Source of the DNA: Ktedonobacterales bacterium | Lineage (GTDB): Bacteria; Chloroflexota; Ktedonobacteria; Ktedonobacterales; JADMIN01 | Direction: 5' to 3' | Length of the DNA stretch: 32,000 nucleotides | Assembly (NCBI GenBank): GCA_030167145.1 | Contig: CP126532.1 | Location: 3,180,001 to 3,212,000 of the forward strand | Shown: one piece after another, positions 17,391 to 24,251 of the stretch | How positions within the stretch are numbered: the stretch's first letter is position 1 | Layout: each line of letters begins with the position of its first letter | Notes under the pieces: generated by a model | Databases searched by the model: none | What the model was told of the DNA's origin: nothing | Seen by the model: only the letters and a program-made list of their open reading frames with translations | Translations under genes and position numbers: made by a program

Positions 17391-18338
17391 TGGCCGAGCG
17401 CGCAGCAGCGCATCCACCTCCGCACGTGTCGGCAGCGACGGCTCCGCGCCAAGTCTCGTCACCGCCAGCGCACCCGCCGCCCCCGCCCGCCGCAGCGCTT
17501 CCGCCATCTCCTCCCCGCGCGCCAGCTCCGCCGCCAGCGCCCCACAGAACGCATCGCCCGCCGCCGTCGCATCCACCTGCGTCACCGCGAACGGCGGCAG
17601 CGCCACCGCCTCTGCCTCTGGCCCCGCCAGCCACAGCGTCCCACGGCTCCCCAGCGTCACCACCACCGACCCGCAGCCCCGCGCCAGCAGCGCCCGCGCC
17701 GCCCGCTCAGCCCCCGCCATATCCGCCACCGCGATCCCCGTCAGCGCCTCCGCCTCGCGCTCATTCGGCAGCAACACATCCGCGCCGCCCACGATCTCCG
17801 CCAGCAGCGGCATCGCCGCATCCGGCGCGGGCGCGGGATTCAGCAGCACCCGCATTCCCCGCGCATGCGCCATCTCCATCGCCGCCCACACCGCCTCCGC
17901 GCCCACCTCGAACTGCGCCAGCAGCACCCGCGCGCCATCGAACGCCGCCTCAGCCGCCCGCACATCCTCGGCAGAAGTGCGCGCGTTCGCCCGTGGCGCC
18001 ACGATGATGCTATTCTGCCCATCTGGCTCGATCACCGGAAACGCCAGCCCCGTGCCCACCTCCGCATCTCGCGTCACCCAGCGCGTGTCAATGCCCTCAC
18101 GCGCCAGCGCCGCATCGAACGGCGGGCTGAACACATCATCGCCCAGCCGCCCGATCACCCGCACCTCCGCGCCCGCCCGCGCCGCCGCGATAGCCTGGTT
18201 ATTGCCCTTGCCACCCACGAACAGAGCGCAATCCGTGGCGATCAGCGATTCTCCCGCATACGGGCGTCGTGGCACGCGCACCACCAGATCGAGGATGAAA
18301 CTCGCCAACACCACCACCGCCCCCGCCGGTTCCGGCAT
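17388..18338 (-). CDS. rbsK: Ribokinase (PfkB family)
   Basis: The two PfkB/ribokinase signatures are GGKGNNQAIAAARAG and DATAAGDAFCGALAAELA. An AAGGAGG SD lies 6 nt before the ATG at 18338. The Arg/Lys-rich N-terminal extension of the track ORF (from 18404) is unlikely to be real. Confidence 0.85.
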   Translation of the reverse strand: MPEPAGAVVVLASFILDLVVRVPRRPYAGESLIATDCALFVGGKGNNQAIAAARAGAEVRVIGRLGDDVFSPPFDAALAREGIDTRWVTRDAEVGTGLAFPVIEPDGQNSIIVAPRANARTSAEDVRAAEAAFDGARVLLAQFEVGAEAVWAAMEMAHARGMRVLLNPAPAPDAAMPLLAEIVGGADVLLPNEREAEALTGIAVADMAGAERAARALLARGCGSVVVTLGSRGTLWLAGPEAEAVALPPFAVTQVDATAAGDAFCGALAAELARGEEMAEALRRAGAAGALAVTRLGAEPSLPTRAEVDALLRARP

Positions 18339-18615
18339 CGCGGGCCTCCTTTTCGTCTTGCGTCTGTTGTTCCGCATGCTAGCACGCGACATATTCGCGG
18401 TCAATCCTCAATTTTCCGGCGTTCCGAGCAACAAACCACTATCTGCGCGGCGTTTGACATGCGGGGCGCTCGGCGGTACACTACTCCCGAAGGTTGCGAG
18501 AGGATCCGGAGGCCGGGCGGGCGAAGATGCCCACCTATGGCGCAACCCGCTGCTGTGTACGCGCCGAGCCGAGCACCGTGCGCCCCCGGCAGCCATCGGA
18601 GCAGAGGATACATCC

Positions 18616-19260
18616 GTGCCAGATTTTCAGACAATCAATCGCGCGGCGCAAGAACATTTCGCCGCCAAACATGCCGCCCGCGAGCGCGCCCTGCCCAAGT
18701 CGCGCTCCGCCATTCGCCTCTGCGCGAATGCCATCCGTTCCGCGCATCGCGACGAATTCAACACCACCAATCAGTTGCTCACCGATGCCGGTCGGCTGCT
18801 GAGTGAGATGGCGGCGGACCTGCGCGAACATCAAGATATCTTCCATGCCGGCTTCGTCGCCGACGCCCAGAAAGAATACGCCGAAGCCGCGCTCACCTGT
18901 GCCCTCATCAAGCGCGAGACCCTCCCCGGACCCGACGACCTCGGCGTCGAATGGGCGCCCTATCTGAACGGCCTCGGCGAATCCATCGGTGAACTGCGCC
19001 GCTACATCCTCGACCGTATGCGCCTGGGCAAGATAGATGCCTGCGAGGTCCTGCTCGCGGATATGGACGACATGTTCTCCGTGCTCACCTCGCTGGATTA
19101 CCCGGATGCCATCACCGGCAACCTCCGGCGCACCGCCGACTCGGCCCGCGGCATCCTGGAGAAGACCCGCGGCGACTTCACCCTTGGCGCCACACAGGCC
19201 CGGCTCAACTCCGCACTGGAACGCATGCAAGAGCGGCTCGACCGCCTCGTTGATTTTTAA
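18616..19260 (+). CDS. Translin/TRAX-family protein
   Basis: The GTG at 18616 has GAGGA 7 nt upstream. The 214-aa all-helical product has FVADAQKEYAEAALT, YLNGLGESIGELRRYILD and YPDAITGNLRRTADSAR, which resemble the translin-family pattern as I remember it. This is the only believable part of the 862-aa track ORF. Confidence 0.65.
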   Translation: MPDFQTINRAAQEHFAAKHAARERALPKSRSAIRLCANAIRSAHRDEFNTTNQLLTDAGRLLSEMAADLREHQDIFHAGFVADAQKEYAEAALTCALIKRETLPGPDDLGVEWAPYLNGLGESIGELRRYILDRMRLGKIDACEVLLADMDDMFSVLTSLDYPDAITGNLRRTADSARGILEKTRGDFTLGATQARLNSALERMQERLDRLVDF

Positions 19261-19342
19261 GCGCGCATATACGTGAATCTCGTGGGACGCCCATATTCTT
19301 TCCCCGCGTCGTTGCTGAGCGGACGAAGGAGGACGAGAGCCA

Positions 19343-20353
19343 ATGAGCCAGCGCGTCCCATCTGAAGAGCGACCCCCCGCGCGGCCCGACCCCATCCAAC
19401 CGTCCACCGCGCGCATCGTAGACGCGGCCCCCGCGCCGTCGCACGGCTTGCTGCTCGCAACCTATCTCTGGCTCTGCCACCCTATACGCCTGCTCCTGGT
19501 GGTCGCGCCGGTCCTCCTCACGCTCGAACTGCTCTGGGCCAGTGGCCTGCGGCTGCTGCCGATCCCCGCCGCCTCCACACTGCTCGCTGCGGTCCTGGCG
19601 CTCGCGGGCGGCTCCCTGCTCGACGAATATCTCGCCTTCGAGCGCGCCGCCGCGCATGGGCGCACCAATGAACCAGGACTCAGCCATCTCCCTGGCGCCC
19701 GCATGGCCACCTCGCCGGTCTATACCCTGACCGTCCTGCGGCTGAGCATCAGCCTGCTGGCGCTGGGCGCGCTGGCAGGCATTCCCTCCGCGCTCAGTGG
19801 TGGTGTCTGGACCATCATCCTGGGTGTCGGCGCGCTGCTGCTGGCCTTCCTCTATTCCGCCACCAGCTACGCCTGGAAGCGCCTGCCCGCCAGCGCCGTC
19901 ATCGTCGCCCTCGCGCTTGGCCCCGGCCTCGTATTTGCCACCACCCTTGCCCAACATCAGCCTATCTCCTGGCCCATCCTCACCCTTGGCCTCGCCCTGG
20001 GCTGCGCCGCGCTCACCTGCGCCCAGGCGCACGTGCTCGCCTCCGCCGCTGCCACCACCACCGCCTCCAGGCGTGCCGGGCGCATCCTCTGCGCACTCGC
20101 CTTGGTGGGGGCATACGCTTTCGCCGTCATCCTCGCCAGCTTCTGGGGCATCTTCACCGGCGCTGTCGCCGCATTCCTCTCGCTCCCCGCCGCCGTGCTG
20201 GCCCTCACCGGCATCATGCGAGCGCAGTCGCCAATCGTCCGCGCGCTCGCCCTCCGCCAGATGACCCGCGCCTACCTGCTCTACGCGCTCTGGCTCTTCA
20301 CCGGCATCCTCGCCGCATACCTCATCATCCGCTTTGCTCACGCGCTGGCCTAG
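19343..20353 (+). CDS. Polytopic integral membrane protein (8-9 TM), function unknown
   Basis: An AAGGAGG SD lies 10 nt upstream. Hydrophobic helices run throughout. There is a loose resemblance to UbiA/MenA topology (LLLAFLYSATSYAWKRLP...ALGPG), but I could not find the Asp-rich motifs. Confidence 0.7.
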   Translation: MSQRVPSEERPPARPDPIQPSTARIVDAAPAPSHGLLLATYLWLCHPIRLLLVVAPVLLTLELLWASGLRLLPIPAASTLLAAVLALAGGSLLDEYLAFERAAAHGRTNEPGLSHLPGARMATSPVYTLTVLRLSISLLALGALAGIPSALSGGVWTIILGVGALLLAFLYSATSYAWKRLPASAVIVALALGPGLVFATTLAQHQPISWPILTLGLALGCAALTCAQAHVLASAAATTTASRRAGRILCALALVGAYAFAVILASFWGIFTGAVAAFLSLPAAVLALTGIMRAQSPIVRALALRQMTRAYLLYALWLFTGILAAYLIIRFAHALA

Positions 20354-20417
20354 ACTCGTCAGCGCCGCCCGTCGCCTCCGCCCCGCGCAGGGAGAGAGGC
20401 GACGCGCGCATACGCCG

Positions 20418-21986
20418 CTATGCCTGCGGCTTCAGCCCATACACCTCCGCGAACTTGGCGTTCAGATAGGCGCCGAAATACTTCGGATCCGGCGCTTCCC
20501 CGGTGACGCGCGTCATCAGTTCATTGGCCTGATACGTCGCCCCCGAAGCATACATGCGCTCGCGCAGCCAGTTCAGCACGAACGCCGTATCCCCGCTCGC
20601 CAGCCGCGCATCGAAGTCCGGGAAATCCCGGCGCAGCGTCGTATAGATCTGCGCGCCATACAGATTGCCCAGCGTATACGTCGGGAAGTAACCGAATCCG
20701 CTGGTCCAGTGGATATCCTGCATCACCCCCTCGGCATCGGTTGCTGGCTCAATCCCCAGGTACTCGCGGTACTTCGCGTTCCACAGCCTGGGCAACTCCT
20801 CCACCGAGATCGAGCCATCCACCAGCCCCTTCTCCAGCTCGAAGCGGATGATGATATGGAGGTTATATGTCACCTCATCGGCCTCAACTCGAATCAGGCT
20901 CGGCTGCACCTTGTTCAGCGCTCGCCAGAATGTCGTCACATCCACCGAACCCATCTGCTCCGGGAATGCCTGCTGCACCAGGCCGTAGTGCGCCTGCCAG
21001 AACGCCTGCGAGCGCCCAATGGCGTTCTCCCATAGCCGCGACTGCGACTCATGCGCCCCCAGCGACGCACCCCCCGCCAGCAGCGTCCGCGCCAGCGCGG
21101 GCGCGCTGCCCTGTTCGTAGACCGCATGGCCGCCTTCATGGATCGCCGCCATCAACGCCGCCTGTACGAAATGCTCGTCCGGGCGCACCGTCACGCGCAC
21201 ATCGAATGGCGAGCCAAAGCTCGTCGTGAACGGATGCGGCGAGATTGCGATGCCACCGCGATTGAAGTCATAGCCCATCGCCCGCAGCACCGTATCAGAG
21301 AGCGCCACCTGTTTGTCGCGCGGAAACTCGCCCTTCAGGCAGGTGTCATCTACCGACGCGCCTTCGCTCTGGATGCGCCGTAGCAGCGCGACGCTCACAT
21401 CACGCACACCAGCGAAGAGTGTATCCAGCCGGCTCGCCGTCATCCCCGGCTCATAGAGATCCAGCAACGCATCATAGCGCAATTCCTTGTAGCCGTACCG
21501 ATCCGCCACTTCGCGCTGCAATGCCACCACCTTGGTCAACCACGGCGCAAAGCTGGCAAAGTCGTTCTGCTCTTTTGCGCGCCGCCACGCCTCGAATGCG
21601 CCCGCCTCAACCCGCGCCATCTCCTCCACCAATTCGCGCGGCAGCTTGGTCGCATGGTCATAGGTGCGTTTCGCCTCGCGCACCAACCCTCGGTCGGCGT
21701 CGCTGAATGTCGCGCTTGCCACCGGCTCCGCCAGCCCATCCAGCAGCGCGCCCAGGCGTGGATCGGTCGCGCGGTCGTGCAGCACGCCCTGCAATGTCGC
21801 GAGTTGCTGCCCGCGTACTTCACCCGCGCCATCTGGCAGCGCGGTATTCTGGTCCCAGGCCGCCAGCGCGCCCAGCGCGCCCAGGTCTGCCAGCTCATGC
21901 ATCCGTCTAAGCAGCTCGCCGATCCGTTCATCGCTTCTCGTGAAGTCGAGGCCAGCAGTCTGAGAGGCATTCGTGGCATCCGCCAT
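20418..21986 (-). CDS. M32-family metallocarboxypeptidase (Taq-type)
   Basis: 522 aa. It has the zinc motif HEGGHAVYEQG (HExxH) together with HPFTTSFG, DIHWTSGFGYFPTYTLGN and IRVEADEVTYNLHIIIRFELE. Confidence 0.9.
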   Translation of the reverse strand: MADATNASQTAGLDFTRSDERIGELLRRMHELADLGALGALAAWDQNTALPDGAGEVRGQQLATLQGVLHDRATDPRLGALLDGLAEPVASATFSDADRGLVREAKRTYDHATKLPRELVEEMARVEAGAFEAWRRAKEQNDFASFAPWLTKVVALQREVADRYGYKELRYDALLDLYEPGMTASRLDTLFAGVRDVSVALLRRIQSEGASVDDTCLKGEFPRDKQVALSDTVLRAMGYDFNRGGIAISPHPFTTSFGSPFDVRVTVRPDEHFVQAALMAAIHEGGHAVYEQGSAPALARTLLAGGASLGAHESQSRLWENAIGRSQAFWQAHYGLVQQAFPEQMGSVDVTTFWRALNKVQPSLIRVEADEVTYNLHIIIRFELEKGLVDGSISVEELPRLWNAKYREYLGIEPATDAEGVMQDIHWTSGFGYFPTYTLGNLYGAQIYTTLRRDFPDFDARLASGDTAFVLNWLRERMYASGATYQANELMTRVTGEAPDPKYFGAYLNAKFAEVYGLKPQA

Positions 21987-22159
21987 GCGGTTCTTCCCTT
22001 CTTCGCAATCTCTGGACTCCGCGGCGCCGATGCCGCGCTTTAGAGCATAGCATGCGCCTGTAGCATACGTCAGGAAGAAAACCGCGACACTTTCGACTAT
22101 TTTACCCGTACATCAGGGCTATCAGGCTAGGCACGTTCAGGAAGCCATGCGTTATACTT

Positions 22160-22215
22160 GCCGCATCAGATCTGCTCGGCGTCAGGCGGCTCCCAGAGGT
22201 CGCATCTGATGCGGC
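22160..22215. repeat. Perfect 12-bp inverted repeat (long hairpin) in the divergent region between the carboxypeptidase and the receiver gene
   Basis: GCCGCATCAGAT (22160-22171) pairs with ATCTGATGCGGC (22204-22215), separated by a 32-nt spacer. Confidence 0.55.
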
Positions 22216-22417
22216 GTCGAGTGGACTAGAGGCGTTGCTGGCTCACCGCGAGTGGGGAACGGCTTGCCGGCTAGCGTTCTTGGAGTGCGAATGAATTGGA
22301 CGAGGTAGACACGTAATCCGCGTCCCACTCACAGAGGTTGACACGTGGCCGTGAAGCGGAGGTAGGGTAGCGACGTATCCGCCAGACAGCGTGTCGGCTA
22401 GCGAGGTAGGTTGGCTT

Positions 22418-22864
22418 GTGACAGGGGAAAGCATCATCCAAGTACTGATCGTGGATGACGATCCCGGCATTCGGCAGACGCTGTGCGCCGTGATGGAAGA
22501 CGAAGGATACACTGCCCTGGAGGCAGCGGACGGTGCGATTGCGCTCGCGCTGCTCCGCGGCAACTCGCATCCCGTCGTCGTAGTGCTCGACTTACTCATG
22601 CCATTGTATTCGGGCGAATTCGTATTGCAAGCCGTGGTGAACGATCACCACCTCTCAACCCGGCATGCCTACATGATGCTTACCGCGCAGCCGAACTGCA
22701 TCACCCCGGCCTGTGCGACCTATATCGCTCAGCTCGACATGCCGATTATTCAAAAGCCCTTTGAGCTAGACGCTCTGCTCGACGCCGTGACACGCGCTGC
22801 CTGTCGCCTGGCCGCACGCCACGGACTCGACGGCGCAACTCGTTCATCGCATTCATCTTTGTAG
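22418..22864 (+). CDS. Stand-alone CheY-like receiver protein with no output domain
   Basis: It has IQVLIVDDDPGIRQ (acidic pair), VVVLDLLMP (phospho-acceptor Asp), MMLTAQ (Thr) and IIQKPF (Lys). I prefer the GTG at 22418, with GAGGTAGG 7 nt upstream, over the track start at 22391. Confidence 0.8.
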   Translation: MTGESIIQVLIVDDDPGIRQTLCAVMEDEGYTALEAADGAIALALLRGNSHPVVVVLDLLMPLYSGEFVLQAVVNDHHLSTRHAYMMLTAQPNCITPACATYIAQLDMPIIQKPFELDALLDAVTRAACRLAARHGLDGATRSSHSSL

Positions 22865-22900
22865 TATCAGTTTCTCGCACCCACGTTATTCTTCTCCATG

Positions 22901-22935
22901 GGCCGCGCCACTCATCGGTGCGGCCTATTCATTTG
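22901..22935 (+). terminator. Candidate terminator after the receiver gene
   Basis: GGCCGCGCC-actcatc-GGTGCGGCC forms a 9-bp stem with one G-U pair and is followed by TATTCATTTG. Confidence 0.4.
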
Positions 22936-23136
22936 GCGCGCTGCCAGACGCAACCTCCTCTTGTGATCGACACCTTCAAGACTATCCTTCCGCATCGCTT
23001 CCCGCGCAGGGCAACAGCACTCGATTCGCCACTGCTCGTTGTAGCTTTCCCCTCCTAGAGCGGGTCGCAGACAGGCAAAACAAACAGAGCCTCCCCCGAC
23101 TCGTAATGCTTACCACCGTCTTAGTAAACTATGAGT

Positions 23137-23146
23137 CGTTCCCACT
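23137..23146 (+). repeat. Copy 1 of the recurring 10-mer CGTTCCCACT
   Basis: This is an exact 10-mer in the same orientation as the copies at 23389 and 23939. Confidence 0.6.
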
Positions 23147-23388
23147 TTGTGGCTCTCATGCTGAGCAGTGACTGACACAAGTAACGACACGCAAGTGCTC
23201 AATAAAATGTCACAAAACGAGTTGGCCTATATTTACACAGTGCCACCGAGATTCAGGTTTCTCCCAGGCATCCATATCCCACGAATTCGATAGGTTATTC
23301 AAACACTTGTCACTCATGCGCTCGCGAGAGCTACACCGACTCATCTTTGCATTTTACGTCAACGTTAGATTATTTCACTTCACCCTTA

Positions 23389-23398
23389 CGTTCCCACT
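23389..23398 (+). repeat. Copy 2 of the recurring 10-mer CGTTCCCACT
   Basis: This is an exact 10-mer. ATTTCACT lies just upstream, and the same 8-mer lies just downstream of copy 3. Confidence 0.6.
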
Positions 23399-23503
23399 TT
23401 TTCCTAATGCGCTCCACACTCGGCTGCCCAAATCGCAGAATAAGTCAAACGTAGCCAATTTGTAATGTTATGCCTTTGATTGGAAATCTGTCATCTTCAA
23501 GAC

Positions 23504-23533
23504 TTGACACTGTATCAAAAGTAGCATTATATT
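23504..23533 (+). promoter_or_regulatory. Near-consensus sigma-70-type promoter inside the GC-poor region
   Basis: The sequence is TTGACA (23504-23509)-N18-TATATT (23528-23533). The -35 is perfect and the -10 matches 5 of 6. No annotated gene begins within about 700 nt downstream on this strand. Confidence 0.45.
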
Positions 23534-23938
23534 AGTTCTTAGTATACCAATAGGGGGACTGCATGTAAACCAGTAACCTGGCATGAAGTAGCAAGGAGCT
23601 GCGGGTTATCTTGAAAGTCTGTTCGCCACTTGTAACATGGCGGCTACCCCATGCAAGTCGTTCTGCTATGGGGCGACTTGGCGTACCCGCAATTTTTCCA
23701 GACGGTTCGGAGTGCGTGTTCACGCTCCGCGCTCCGGCGCATGTAATTCTTCCAATCCACCAGCCGACAGGCGGATCTAACCCTTTTTCGCCGCAGCATT
23801 CAGCGCATTGGAGGAACCTTTCACGCGACATTCCTCTTCGTCACCCGCCTCATGGGACTCCGAATGCGCTCTCCTTCCTCACGACCCAGAGCACGAGTGA
23901 TCGGCTCTGGGCTAATCATTTTTTCGCGTCCTCGTATG

Positions 23939-23948
23939 CGTTCCCACT
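23939..23948 (+). repeat. Copy 3 of the recurring 10-mer CGTTCCCACT
   Basis: This is an exact 10-mer. The extended form GCGTTCCCACTCA (23938-23950) matches GCGTCCCACTCA at 22320-22331, upstream of the receiver gene, except for one T. Confidence 0.6.
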
Positions 23949-24189
23949 CATTTCACTGCTGATGAGCGGCCAGTGGCGTCATGCCGGAAAGGAGGCATGA
24001 TGCTATGTAGGCCGATTCAGAGCCGTCTCCGGCATCGGTGCGCAGTTGCATCTGACCTCCCGTAGCTGGACGGCATTCTACATGCGTGTGAGCGGTGGTA
24101 CGGAAAATGCCGCACTCACATAGTTGTGTAAAGTAGTGCACTGTAAATTCACAGAGGTAATGCATAGGGGGCAAACCATGCCCGTCACA

Positions 24190-24226
24190 ATGTAGATGTA
24201 AAAGTAGAATGCTGCTACATCTACAT
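24190..24226. promoter_or_regulatory. Perfect 11-bp inverted repeat (candidate operator or leader hairpin) just upstream of the XRE-TPR gene
   Basis: ATGTAGATGTA (24190-24200) pairs with TACATCTACAT (24216-24226) across a 15-nt spacer. It ends 25 nt before the ATG at 24252. Confidence 0.5.
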
Positions 24227-24251
24227 GTCAGATAAGCCAAGAAGGTAGATC

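Noticed and set aside
16644-19260. Two very long plus-strand ORFs (16644-18806, 720 aa, and 16672-19260, 862 aa)
   Set aside because: Their products are low-complexity and rich in Arg, Pro, Ala and Ser. They run through the noncoding repeat mosaic, where repeat copies fall in different frames. They also lie antisense to the well-supported ribokinase gene, which has both PfkB signatures and an AAGGAGG SD. Only the last 214 codons of the second ORF, from GTG 18616 (translin-like), look real.
19205-20341. A 378-aa minus-strand ORF opposite the polytopic membrane protein gene
   Set aside because: Its composition is rich in Gly, Glu, Arg, Asp and Ala with no domain signal, as expected for the antisense frame of a high-GC gene. 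The plus-strand product has coherent TM helices and an SD.
23647-23679. An H-type pseudoknot formed by CCCCAT/ATGGGG and AAGTCG/CGACTT
   Set aside because: The second helix's 3' strand follows the first helix with a zero-length connecting loop, which cannot span a 6-bp stem. The two helices are better viewed as mutually exclusive alternatives.
23137-23948. Reading the reverse complement of the 10-mer (AGTGGGAACG, which contains GGAAC) as ECF-sigma -35 elements on the minus strand
   Set aside because: The sequences 16-18 nt downstream of the three copies share no common -10-like element (GACGGT, TAATCT and AAAATG), and no minus-strand genes follow.
23611-24000. A 129-codon plus-strand ORF (TTG start) downstream of the near-consensus promoter and the AAGGAG
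   Set aside because: SD-to-TTG spacing is 11 nt. The product is rich in His, Ser, Pro and Arg with no recognisable fold or motif. Two opposite-strand ORFs of similar length overlap it. At about 50% GC, one or two such ORFs are expected by chance. I kept it only as part of the GC-poor-region finding, not as a called CDS.
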